Assembly (NCBI GenBank): GCA_040399745.1
Contig: JBBARP010000001.1
Span: forward strand, 202,617-266,616
Source: Bdellovibrionia bacterium
Lineage (GTDB): Bacteria > Bdellovibrionota > UBA1018
DNA length: 64,000 nucleotides
Direction: 5' to 3'
Below the pieces are notes generated by a model. The model saw only the letters and a program-made list of their open reading frames with translations. It had not been told where the DNA came from and did no database searches. Made by a program: the position numbers and the translations under genes. Each line of letters opens with the position of its first letter. Within the stretch, counting starts at the first letter, position 1. This document shows positions 9,958 to 18,874 of the stretch, one piece after another.

Positions 9958-10075
9958 GCGCGGTCGCTACCGTGTGGGAACAAAAGGGGTCAAGGCGCGA
10001 GAGTCAGGGTTGTAAAATCGCAGTGTTTTCGGCCTGTTTTTGGCTAATGCGCCGCGCTAAATTATTTCGTGATGG

Positions 10076-10111
10076 AAAAGAAAAAGGGCGACTCGGTTTC
10101 CCAAGTCGCCC
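10076..10111 (-). terminator. Rho-independent terminator of the outer-membrane protein gene
   Basis: Stem GGGCGACT (10086-93) / AGTCGCCC (10104-11), with an A-tract at 10076-85 that reads as a U-tract on the minus strand. Confidence 0.85.
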
Positions 10112-10141
10112 CTATGAAGTCAGGTCCGAACGGACGAAGTC

Positions 10142-10684
10142 TTACTTGAACTTGAAGCCGATGTTCAGGCCCATGTTCAAAGCTTGGCCGCCTTGAGTGT
10201 TCTCGCGGAAGCCGCCCATGAAGTGGAAGCCAGCCGTGGCCTTGCCGCCTGCGAGCGGGATATTCATCGCCAGTGCCAGTCCCGAGTCATGAATCGCTTC
10301 GTCGCTGATCGGCATTGCGTAGAATGCGCCCAAACCGATGTTCACGTTGTTCTTGCTCATGCGGTACATGGCCGGGAAGTAAGCTTGACTGTTGCTGTAG
10401 CGGTAATCGACGGTGGGAGTCTGGGTGTAGTCACCAGCGAAGGTGTTCGAAGCTTGGAAGAAAGGCTTAATCCAGATCGGACCAGCCATGACGTCGGCGC
10501 CGACTTGCCAGCCGTAAGCGATGCCGACGAGACCTTTCTTGTCCGTGGAGTCAGCATCAACCGAATAGTTGCTAATCGTGCCGCCGTGGATACCGCCGAA
10601 AGCGCCAAGTGACACGCCGCCATCAGCAGCTTGAGCGACCGAAACGGTAGCGAAGAACGCGAGAACCAGGTGTTTGAGTTTCAT
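10142..10684 (-). CDS. Small outer-membrane beta-barrel protein
   Basis: Signal peptide ending AQA, alternating Gly/aromatic amphipathic strands, C-terminal GLNIGFKFK, own RBS and terminator. Confidence 0.7.
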   Translation of the reverse strand: MKLKHLVLAFFATVSVAQAADGGVSLGAFGGIHGGTISNYSVDADSTDKKGLVGIAYGWQVGADVMAGPIWIKPFFQASNTFAGDYTQTPTVDYRYSNSQAYFPAMYRMSKNNVNIGLGAFYAMPISDEAIHDSGLALAMNIPLAGGKATAGFHFMGGFRENTQGGQALNMGLNIGFKFK

Positions 10685-10785
10685 GGAACCTTCTTAAAGG
10701 TGAGGGTGAAAATACAATGGGTTTGTATTTATAGTCCGGGGACTTCGCTTTTTCGTCAACATCGGTTGTTTGACGAAAGGGCCCC

Positions 10786-11919
10786 TCACTTCAGCATGGG
10801 GCGAATGATCTCGATCAGGAACAAAGCGATGATCGTGAGTTCCAAGATCTGATTTCTACGGGTCGTGATTTCGTCGTGAAGAAGTTCCGAAACTCGGGCT
10901 AATAGCGCCAGCTTCCGGTTCACGCCGTCTTTCCAGTCAGCAATTCGAAAGCGCCGAGCTGCGTTTCTGTAAACGGTCGCCAGATAAAAGTCGCCCACCA
11001 CTTTCAGCGAGTTATCCACGCGCTCGATGAATTCTGAGATCTCGATAAATCGGGCATTGGCCTCTCGGGCAGTGGTTCTGAAGCTATTGGTCCAGATTTT
11101 TTCCCGGCCTTCTTCGATGGCATCGTAAACGCCAGCCAATCGACGGTCGACCAAGTCATCGTAGCAGCGAAGTTCAAAGAGGTGCACCAATGCGAACTCG
11201 AGCACTTCCACTAAGTCCTGTCCGGCGCGATCAAAAACAATAGCGCTGTTCCAGTCGATGACCACGCAGTCCAGTTCCGTGTACTGAAGCAGGTACTGCA
11301 TCACTTCTTCGCGAGATTTGAGCGAAAGCTTTCCTGACTCCTCGCCCCAAAGAAGGGCTGCTAGGTCGAATTTTGAAGTCAGCTGTGTAGCCGTCTCGAC
11401 TCCCTCGACTTGGTTCAAAAGATAAATGACGTAATCTTCGACCAAATCGGCCGGATGGGTCTTGATGAGCGCAGGCTCAAGCGTTTTGACTAAGCCTTCG
11501 CAGCGACTCTTGGCTAGGCCTTCGATGGCTTCTGTACCGCCGCCCAGGCCGGGTTCGCTCAGTGAAGCGGCAATTTTTTCGAGTTCGCCCCACTTCAGGC
11601 CAGCGACGTTGAAATGAAAAGCGATAGAAACGGCGCCATAGTCCCAGACGGTTGCGATGATTTGGCAACTCAGTTGGTGGCCCGACAAGCGCATTTCGAC
11701 CGAACCCAGCGACAGGCGGATCGGAAATTGGCGAATGACCAGAGCGGAGCGCCTCGGAGGCGCAAGTTCAATGGGCGTGAGTTCGCGGCTAGCGCGGATC
11801 AAACGCTCGGCTTCGTGAAGCCGAATCTCGTCAGCGATGTCGAAGACCCGGTAGACCAGGACTTGGCCTTGGAGGATCTTGGTCTCGGAATGCGTCGTGA
11901 GAAGTGTGGGAGTATTCAC
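10786..11919 (-). CDS. Conserved hypothetical protein, RMD1/DUF155-like, with C-terminal TM helix
   Basis: VIDWNSA, LEFALVHLFELRCYD, LKVVGDFYLATVY and C-terminal LELTIIALFLIEI resemble RMD1-like bacterial proteins. AAAGGA RBS before the GTG. Confidence 0.6.
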   Translation of the reverse strand: MNTPTLLTTHSETKILQGQVLVYRVFDIADEIRLHEAERLIRASRELTPIELAPPRRSALVIRQFPIRLSLGSVEMRLSGHQLSCQIIATVWDYGAVSIAFHFNVAGLKWGELEKIAASLSEPGLGGGTEAIEGLAKSRCEGLVKTLEPALIKTHPADLVEDYVIYLLNQVEGVETATQLTSKFDLAALLWGEESGKLSLKSREEVMQYLLQYTELDCVVIDWNSAIVFDRAGQDLVEVLEFALVHLFELRCYDDLVDRRLAGVYDAIEEGREKIWTNSFRTTAREANARFIEISEFIERVDNSLKVVGDFYLATVYRNAARRFRIADWKDGVNRKLALLARVSELLHDEITTRRNQILELTIIALFLIEIIRPMLK

Positions 11920-11928
11920 CGTCCTTTG

Positions 11929-11974
11929 ATTTTCCGGCGGCGCGGTTGACCGGTCAAGACGGGCCGCTTACGCT
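11929..11974. promoter_or_regulatory. Back-to-back sigma70-type promoters sharing a palindromic -35
   Basis: Palindrome TTGACCGGTCAA at 11946-11957. Plus strand TTGACC-N17-TACGCT; minus strand TTGACC-N17-GAAAAT. Confidence 0.55.
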
Positions 11975-11980
11975 GCGGGG

Positions 11981-13111
11981 ATGGCGGCAAAAAGGGTGCA
12001 GGTGGGGTGCGGCTTTTTGGGGTTGGGTCTGCTTTTGGCGCAGAGCGCGCTGGCGGATGTGCCCATGCATTCGCCAGCTTGGCTGAAGCAGCACGGGTAT
12101 CGGCCGGCTTCGTCACTTGCGTGGCGCCCGGCAACGGTTGCCGATTCAGTTGAAGTGAAGCGCCTTGCGCCGCCTCAAATTCCTCATGCTGAGCACTCTC
12201 TTCCTTGGCCGGTCGCGTTTGCGGATCGCGGAAAAACGGTCGCAAACTCGATGGCTCAGTTTCAGCCTTTCGGGAGTCCTTATTTCCATGGTGGTTGCGA
12301 CCTTCGAATTGCTCGCCGCGCAGAAGTGATTGCGCCGGTTTCAGGAAAGCTCGAGGCGGGCCACTACGATTACGAAAACCGTCCCGATGGCTCAATGGTG
12401 AAGTACTTCAAGCCTTGGCCCGAGTCGGGGGAGGCGCTCTACTTTGAACTCGCCATTGTGACTCGCGAGGGTTTCCGCTTCGAGCTGCACCACGTGGATC
12501 GTGCGTCTCTATCGCCGCGAGTTCTAGATTTGCTCAAGGCGGGGGCTGGCGAAGTCAGTGCAGGAGAAGTCTTAGCTCGCGCTGTGGCTTGGCCGTCGGG
12601 CGACTACGATCACATTCACTACAATGTGATTGATCCCTCGGGCATTCGGATTAATCCCGAGTGGGTTTCGCCCTTGATCTTAGACACCCAGCCACCGAAA
12701 GTTCAGGAAGCGCTTTGGGTGCTGAAAAATGGTTTAGTGCGGCCCTTCGGAAACGGAACCTCGCGGGACCAGCCAGCGGAACTCGTTCTTCACGTCAGTG
12801 ACAGAAAGGACGGGAACCCCTACGAGCAGCCGCCCGTTCAGGCTCGGATTGAGTTTCGAAGTGGCCTTCAAGCAGGCTGGGATTTTTCCCGGTTCTTGGG
12901 GCGTGCCGACGGCTCTTGGGCACCGATCTGGGACGTTCTTCGCGAGAGCATCCGCTCGCCCACCCAAGGCACGATTCGAACCGAAGGCGGCTACGGACTG
13001 GGGAAAGCACTTCTTCGCTTACCGGTACCTGCGGGCGCTCGCGGGCCCTTCACGGTCACTTTGGTCGATCCTGCCGGAAATGAGACCCTTTTGTCCGGCG
13101 ATCTTCAGTAG
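11981..13111 (+). CDS. Secreted M23-like metallopeptidase domain protein
   Basis: Signal peptide (..LAQSALA), HxxxD motif YFHGGCDL, VIAPVSG, HxH motif DHIHY, followed by INPE. Confidence 0.6.
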   Translation: MAAKRVQVGCGFLGLGLLLAQSALADVPMHSPAWLKQHGYRPASSLAWRPATVADSVEVKRLAPPQIPHAEHSLPWPVAFADRGKTVANSMAQFQPFGSPYFHGGCDLRIARRAEVIAPVSGKLEAGHYDYENRPDGSMVKYFKPWPESGEALYFELAIVTREGFRFELHHVDRASLSPRVLDLLKAGAGEVSAGEVLARAVAWPSGDYDHIHYNVIDPSGIRINPEWVSPLILDTQPPKVQEALWVLKNGLVRPFGNGTSRDQPAELVLHVSDRKDGNPYEQPPVQARIEFRSGLQAGWDFSRFLGRADGSWAPIWDVLRESIRSPTQGTIRTEGGYGLGKALLRLPVPAGARGPFTVTLVDPAGNETLLSGDLQ

Positions 13112-13116
13112 CTGAT

Positions 13117-14592
13117 TTAGGCTGCTTTTGTTTTCTTGATGGAGAGTAGCTTCGTCAGCAGTTCAGGAATCTTATCGAGATCGGAGACGTGCTGAACCGC
13201 GCCGATTTTAGCGGCCTCGCGAGGCATTCCGTAAACGACGCAGCTTTCTTCCGATTGCCCGACCGTGCGTGCGCCGGCTTCGCGCATTTTGAGTAGCCCT
13301 TTCGCTCCATCCGCGCCCATGCCTGTCAGGATCACGCCTACGGCTTGCGGGCCAACTTGGCGAGCCACACTATCGAATAGCACGTCGACCGAAGGGCGAT
13401 GGCCGTTTCGCGCAGGGGTTTGATCGAGACGAACGCGAAGGGCTTTTCCTTTGCCGACGAGCTGCATGTGGAAATCGCCAGGAGCGATTAAGACGCGATT
13501 TGCTTGAACCGCATCGCCATCTTCAGCCTCTTTGACTTCGAAGGGGCAAAGCTCATTCATTCGCTTAGCAAACGCAGCCGAGAAAATGGGCGGAATGTGT
13601 TGAACAATGACAACACCGGGGATGCGGTCGGGGAGGTTTCCGAGTAAGAGTCGAAGTGCTTCGGTACCACCGGTCGACGAACCGATCGCAAGAACCTGCT
13701 CGGAATCGAGCTGAGCGTTTTTGAAAGGATTCTCACTCTTTTTAGGCAGCATGGAACGCTTGGGTCGCGAGCGAATCGAGGCAGCTGTCTTAATCTTTTC
13801 GACCATGACAGGCCCCAGTTCAGGGAGTTCCTCAAGGACGGGCTTCTGAAGGTAATCGACCGCTCCCTGTTCTAGAGCAGCGAGCACTAAAGGGCCCTCT
13901 TCAAACGAGATAGAACTGACGATGATCGTGGGAATCCAGATCTGGCTCATCAGGTAGCGGTGGAAGTCGACACCGTTCATGTCCGGCATGTGAATGTCGA
14001 GAGTGAGGACATCCGGCTTGTGCTGCTGAATGAGTTGCATGGCTTCTTGTGCAGAGCCGGCCATACCGACGACTTCAATGCTGGGATCTCGTGCCAGAAC
14101 TCCGGTCAGGAGTGCTCGAATGCTCTTCGAGTCGTCGATGATCAGAACTTTGATTCGGGGAGCACCTGGAGTCTGGAGTGGAGTCAGACCAGATGCAGGC
14201 AGTGCAACGACCGGTGCGGCGCTTGCGACGGCAATTCTGAGGCGGCCGAGTCCCGGGAAGGCTTGAACATCGAGCTTCGCGCCTTCTCGTTCGGCGACGG
14301 CTTCCAGAACAAAGCCCAAAGACGAGACCTTGTTCTTGAGAATCCCGACGCACGGTTTGAGGCCTGCAATTTTCCACTGAATTCGGTCGGCAGGACAGCC
14401 GAGCAAGGCCGGAACTCTTCGAAAGAGCGACTCGATGGCCTCGACATTTCCGCAGTCCGAGCTGGGCACCCAGACCACCACGCCTGTGGCTGTTCCGGGC
14501 AAATGCCCCATGAGGCAAGCGCCCTCGTCGATTGAGAAGGCGCAAACCGCGTCGGCTGAGAGCTTTTTCCAGTAGCCTTTCGGCTTAATCAC
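13117..14592 (-). CDS. cheB: Chemotaxis methylesterase CheB with an extra N-terminal CheD-like domain
   Basis: REC domain (IIDDS, TLDIHMP, LQKP) and intact esterase motifs IGSSTGG, VQHIPP, RPSVD, LTGMGADG. Start set at GTG 14592 behind AGGAGG. Confidence 0.9.
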   Translation of the reverse strand: MIKPKGYWKKLSADAVCAFSIDEGACLMGHLPGTATGVVVWVPSSDCGNVEAIESLFRRVPALLGCPADRIQWKIAGLKPCVGILKNKVSSLGFVLEAVAEREGAKLDVQAFPGLGRLRIAVASAAPVVALPASGLTPLQTPGAPRIKVLIIDDSKSIRALLTGVLARDPSIEVVGMAGSAQEAMQLIQQHKPDVLTLDIHMPDMNGVDFHRYLMSQIWIPTIIVSSISFEEGPLVLAALEQGAVDYLQKPVLEELPELGPVMVEKIKTAASIRSRPKRSMLPKKSENPFKNAQLDSEQVLAIGSSTGGTEALRLLLGNLPDRIPGVVIVQHIPPIFSAAFAKRMNELCPFEVKEAEDGDAVQANRVLIAPGDFHMQLVGKGKALRVRLDQTPARNGHRPSVDVLFDSVARQVGPQAVGVILTGMGADGAKGLLKMREAGARTVGQSEESCVVYGMPREAAKIGAVQHVSDLDKIPELLTKLLSIKKTKAA

Positions 14593-16552
14593 TTGTGCCC
14601 TCCTGCGGGAAATCAGCTTCCGCATGGTAGGCCAAACTGGTCCAAGGAACGCGTCGTCCAGGATGGCGAGCGATTGCGCCCTTCATCGGGATGGCTTCAT
14701 TGAGCACCCAAAAACCGCGCTGAATGAGTCCTCGGAGTTTGAAAAAGCCGGTATCCGAGACTCCGCTGATCGCGACCACACCGGTGGTGCGATTGCTGGT
14801 CATGCGCAGGAAGTCTGTATTTTTTAGGGCAGATTGAAGGTCGCAGAACACCAACCGATTGTTTTGAAACAAGGCCTCGCCGGTAGGCGCGTCTTGGGTG
14901 TCGGGTGTGACGGCAGGCTGACTGTTGCCTCCGCGCACACGAGTGGCGAGAAGTTCTACGGGTGAGCCTGAACCTTCAAAGAGCACCCAAGTGGCCGGTT
15001 GTTCACCTCGTAGCTTCGAAAGCATGGCCTCGAGTTTTTTCTGATCCCCGAGTTTCGCCACGATGATGCGAAGCTTCTCTTCGGGTCGGGTGATTTTCAC
15101 AGGCTTTGCGAACGAGGCTTGCAGCGAAAGATCGCGTCCTGCCGGTGAGGGCGGCTCGGGGAGCGTTGCTGCTGAGAAACACTTCGAGCGGATTTCGTCG
15201 GCTCGGTCGGTCAGTTGTTCGAGCTTGGGCTTCTCAATATAGTCGGCCGCTCCTAAGCGAAGAGTCTCTAGGGCAAGGCCAGCATCGTCTCTTGAAACCG
15301 AACTGACCACAACAACCGGCGGATGGCCCGGGCGGTAGTTACGCGCCAGATAGGTTACTCCGTCTTGCTCAGGCATATGAATGTCGAGCGTGATGAGGTC
15401 GGGCTTCAAGGCCTTCACCTTCTCGGCAGCTTCAATTCCGTTTGCTGCAGTATCGATGACTTCAAAGCCATACTGCGGAACCAAGACGCGCTTCAGAAGG
15501 GTGAGGATGCTGGGCGAGTCGTCGACACAAAGGACGCGGATGACTTTCTTGGCAGTGTTAGCGGGTCCAGCTGCGCTGGGTTCAGAGGCCTGAGTTTTGA
15601 GCGCACGATCTGAAACGCTCGCTCGCGTTGCAGTCACAGTTTGCGCTGGATGCGAAGGAGATAGGGCGGCAGGTGCTAAGCGCGCAGTTTTCCCTTGAGG
15701 ATGTCGGTAAATCGAGGGGCCTACCGATTCGAGTGGAATGCCCAGTTGGTTAAACGTCTCTGAAATCCCAATGCAAAGAATTCCGTCCGTGTGGAGGTGT
15801 TGGGCTAAGGAATGACCCACTTTTCCAATTTGCTCGCGGTTGAAATAGATCAAGACGTTTCGGCAAAAGATGATGTCGAACTTTCTTCCGTTCAGAGCAC
15901 CCGGCAGCTCAAAAAGATTCAAATTCATGAATTGTACGGGTTCTCGAATCGACTTCTTAGCTTTCACGAAGTCGGCGATGTCGGAAGTGCCGCGAGCCCA
16001 GTTCCCCAGAGTATATCGAAGCGGAGCAGGCTCGAGTTCTCGGTGCTGATAGACGCCGTTTCGCGCGTGCTCGACTGATTCGGGATCGATGTCGGTCCCA
16101 AGGATTTCGTAGCTAAGGTCAGGGGCGAGGGCCGGAAGATGGGTCTTCAGCAGCATGGAAAGAGAGTAAACTTCTTGGCCACGGCTGCAGGCAGCGGACC
16201 AGACACGGATTTTCTTGTCTCCACGCGCACGCACCGCTGCGATGATTTTCTCGAGCCCGCCATTCGCAAAAAAATCGAAGTGAGCGTGCTCCCGGAAAAA
16301 GTAGGAATAGTGAGTGGTGAGGAGCGAGACGAGCGCTTTGGATTCGCCCTGAGGGTCGGCTTCGAGAAAGCTCAAGTAGTCGTCCAGAGTCTCGACGCCC
16401 ACCTCTTTCATGCGTCGCTTGAGGCGGCCTTCGACCATGATGCGTTGGTTTTCCCCGAGCTGCACCCCGGTGATTTGCTGGATCAACGCAGAAACTTCGC
16501 GAATGATGTCCTTGCGGGGGGCTTTACGGGCTGTACTCAACTGCAACCTCAA
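14585..16552 (-). CDS. cheR: CheR methyltransferase fused to a CheB-type receiver domain and a degenerate methylesterase-like domain
   Basis: TTHYSYFFRE, VWSAACSRGQEVYS, GTDID, FDIIFCRNVLIYF, GISET, then VLCVDDS...TLDIHMP...IEKP. Confidence 0.85.
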   Translation of the reverse strand: MRLQLSTARKAPRKDIIREVSALIQQITGVQLGENQRIMVEGRLKRRMKEVGVETLDDYLSFLEADPQGESKALVSLLTTHYSYFFREHAHFDFFANGGLEKIIAAVRARGDKKIRVWSAACSRGQEVYSLSMLLKTHLPALAPDLSYEILGTDIDPESVEHARNGVYQHRELEPAPLRYTLGNWARGTSDIADFVKAKKSIREPVQFMNLNLFELPGALNGRKFDIIFCRNVLIYFNREQIGKVGHSLAQHLHTDGILCIGISETFNQLGIPLESVGPSIYRHPQGKTARLAPAALSPSHPAQTVTATRASVSDRALKTQASEPSAAGPANTAKKVIRVLCVDDSPSILTLLKRVLVPQYGFEVIDTAANGIEAAEKVKALKPDLITLDIHMPEQDGVTYLARNYRPGHPPVVVVSSVSRDDAGLALETLRLGAADYIEKPKLEQLTDRADEIRSKCFSAATLPEPPSPAGRDLSLQASFAKPVKITRPEEKLRIIVAKLGDQKKLEAMLSKLRGEQPATWVLFEGSGSPVELLATRVRGGNSQPAVTPDTQDAPTGEALFQNNRLVFCDLQSALKNTDFLRMTSNRTTGVVAISGVSDTGFFKLRGLIQRGFWVLNEAIPMKGAIARHPGRRVPWTSLAYHAEADFPQEGTSD

Positions 16553-16577
16553 TTCAGAAATTTAGAAACGGTGTAGC

Positions 16578-17048
16578 TCACGCCGCTTTTGCAGCTAGAA
16601 TTCGGTCCTCGACACTGAGCGCTTTGGCGATATCGATGATCAGAGTGAGCTTTTGATTTTCGGTATGAACGTGGGTGATCAGGTCCTTGCCCAAAGAAGT
16701 TTGAATTTCCGGATTCTCACTGAGTTGTTCCGGAGTGGGCGATAGAACCGAATTGATCGAGTCGACCAGCATGCCGATACACAGAGGTGCCAGATCGCAA
16801 ATGATCACCGCTTTCTCGACGGATTCGTTCGGGGTAATTCCGAATTTTTTCCGAAGGTCGAAGACCGAGATGACCTGACCCCGCAGGTTCATCACTCCGA
16901 GGAAATGCGACGGAGTGAAGGGGACGGGGGTGACCTCGGGCACAGCGATCACTTCGCGCACCTGAAGTAGCGGCATGGCGAAGTCCTCTTTTCCCATGGA
17001 AAAGCGCAGGAATCGGTCCTCGGCTCGGGCTTGATGCTTCCGGCTCAT
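16578..17048 (-). CDS. cheW: Chemotaxis adaptor CheW
   Basis: VREVI...TPVPFTPSHFLGVMNLRGQVISVFDL...GMLVDSI. ATGA overlap with the cheA stop. Confidence 0.95.
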   Translation of the reverse strand: MSRKHQARAEDRFLRFSMGKEDFAMPLLQVREVIAVPEVTPVPFTPSHFLGVMNLRGQVISVFDLRKKFGITPNESVEKAVIICDLAPLCIGMLVDSINSVLSPTPEQLSENPEIQTSLGKDLITHVHTENQKLTLIIDIAKALSVEDRILAAKAA

Positions 17049-18820
17049 GCGGTTCTCTCCTGGATCGGGCGGTGGGGGGCGGGCCGCTTGGTGCTGCCTC
17101 CCGTGAGTTCACTGAGTTCAAGAATCAGCGCAGGCTTCCCGTCGCCGAGAATGGCACTGCCCGAGAAAGCCTTCACGTGGGCGACTTCTTGTCCCAGTTT
17201 TTTGATGACCACTTGATGTTGGCCGACAATGTCGTCCACTAAGACTGCGTGAATTTTTCCGTGGGCTTCGTACAGAATGGCGATCGCGTCGTGAGCGTTT
17301 TTTGGCGGGATCCTGCGGCCCAAGAGTTGGTCGAGTCGGAAGAGGGGAATGGTCTGGCCGCGGAGCGAAAGCACTTCCCCGGCAATGGTGCTGGGGGTGA
17401 TGTCGGCTTGACCTGGGCGAACGCTTTCTAAGACCTGGGAGAGCGGAATCACAAACCGCTCGTTGCCGCAGCGAATGATCATGCCTTGGATGATGGCCAA
17501 GGTCAGGGGGAGCCGGATTCGGAAGGTCGAACCTTTGCCGAGTTCCGTTTCCACTTGGACTGTTCCTTGGAGCGCTTGAATGTTGGTCTTGACGACGTCC
17601 ATCCCGACGCCTCGGCCCGAGATGTCGGTGACTTGTTCTTTGGTGGAGAATCCTGCGGCGAAAATGAGTTGATAAGCTTCTGAGTCGCTCAATTGGGCAT
17701 TGGGGCTCAACACGCCTTTTTCAACCGCTTTGCGTCTCAGTTTATCCGCATCCATTCCGCCGCCATCATCGGTAATCTCGATGACGAGTTGTCCGGCTTG
17801 TTGGCGCGCGGAGAGGCGAATTTTTCCTTCGGTGGTTTTACCTGCATCGAATCGGCGCCGCGGATCTTCAATGCCGTGGTCCACGGCATTTCGAACAATG
17901 TGAACCAGAGGATCGCTGAGACGCTCCAGCACCGTTTTGTCGAGCTCAGTTTCCTCACCGATCATTTCGAAAATCACCTCACGACCCAGTTGCCCGGCTG
18001 TGTCGCGCACAATCCGCTGCATCTTCAGGAAAGTGGGCTTGATCGGAACCATTCGAAGTCCCATGGAGAGGTCTTGAATCTCTTGAGTGACTTTTCCAAG
18101 TTGATGGGTCGTGGAGCGAATCAGTGCCGAGCCGCTCGAGTGGGCTTGCTCGCGAAGAACGGTCTGCAGAATGACCAATTCACCGACGTAGTTCAGGAGC
18201 TGCTCGACGCGGGCCAGGTTGACGCGAATACTTTCTTCGCTCGCTGCAGCTTTCGTAGGACTCGGTGAAGAAGCCGTGGCTTCCGCTTTTTTCGACTGAT
18301 GAAGTTCCTGAACGTGCTGGCGCGTGGTCTCGGCCAGGCTTTCAAAATTCGCAAGAAGCTCGTCGGCTTGCATCCCGGCGGTAGGAAGATTTTGATCGAT
18401 GGGGGGTGAGGTCACGGCCGTCGCTGGAGCGGAAGCTCCTTGCATGGCTTGATGAATTTCTCCCAGTAGTGCGGTGCAGTCGAATCGAGCGTTCAGGTCG
18501 GCCTTCAAACCCTCGAGCATGGCGCGAATCTGATCGTTGCACCGAAGGAGCAGATCCATCATCGGACGCGCGAGCTTCAAGGTTCCCTTCTTCACTTTCA
18601 GAAGAAGCGACTCCATCTCGTGGGTCAGTTTTCCCATGTCCTCAAAGCCGACGGCTTTGGCGCTGCCTTTCAGGCTGTGGGCGAGGCGAAGAATCTTGTC
18701 GAACTGCTCCGGGGCTTCCGGATTGTTCTCCAGTTCTAAAAACGCCTGCTCAGCGTCGGCCAAAAGTTGCGCCGCTTCTTCCAAAAAGCCTTGCTTCAGT
18801 TCCAGCTCGAAGTCCGTCAC
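17045..18820 (-). CDS. cheA: Chemotaxis histidine kinase CheA
   Basis: HPt AHSLKGSA, SIRV dimerisation domain, HIVRNAVDHGIE, DDGGG, GFSTKEQVTDISGRGVGMDVV, C-terminal CheW-like domain. Confidence 0.95.
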   Translation of the reverse strand: MTDFELELKQGFLEEAAQLLADAEQAFLELENNPEAPEQFDKILRLAHSLKGSAKAVGFEDMGKLTHEMESLLLKVKKGTLKLARPMMDLLLRCNDQIRAMLEGLKADLNARFDCTALLGEIHQAMQGASAPATAVTSPPIDQNLPTAGMQADELLANFESLAETTRQHVQELHQSKKAEATASSPSPTKAAASEESIRVNLARVEQLLNYVGELVILQTVLREQAHSSGSALIRSTTHQLGKVTQEIQDLSMGLRMVPIKPTFLKMQRIVRDTAGQLGREVIFEMIGEETELDKTVLERLSDPLVHIVRNAVDHGIEDPRRRFDAGKTTEGKIRLSARQQAGQLVIEITDDGGGMDADKLRRKAVEKGVLSPNAQLSDSEAYQLIFAAGFSTKEQVTDISGRGVGMDVVKTNIQALQGTVQVETELGKGSTFRIRLPLTLAIIQGMIIRCGNERFVIPLSQVLESVRPGQADITPSTIAGEVLSLRGQTIPLFRLDQLLGRRIPPKNAHDAIAILYEAHGKIHAVLVDDIVGQHQVVIKKLGQEVAHVKAFSGSAILGDGKPALILELSELTGGSTKRPAPHRPIQERTA

Positions 18821-18827
18821 GAAAGGC

Positions 18828-18855
18828 TTTTCGGTCCAAAAACCCGTGAGGTTGA
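18828..18855 (-). promoter_or_regulatory. Possible sigma28 (FliA) promoter of the che operon
   Basis: Minus strand TCAA-N16-ACCGAAAA versus consensus TAAA-N15-GCCGATAA, 7 nt before the cheA GTG. Confidence 0.3.
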
Positions 18856-18874
18856 GTCAGGGAAGATTCAAAAT

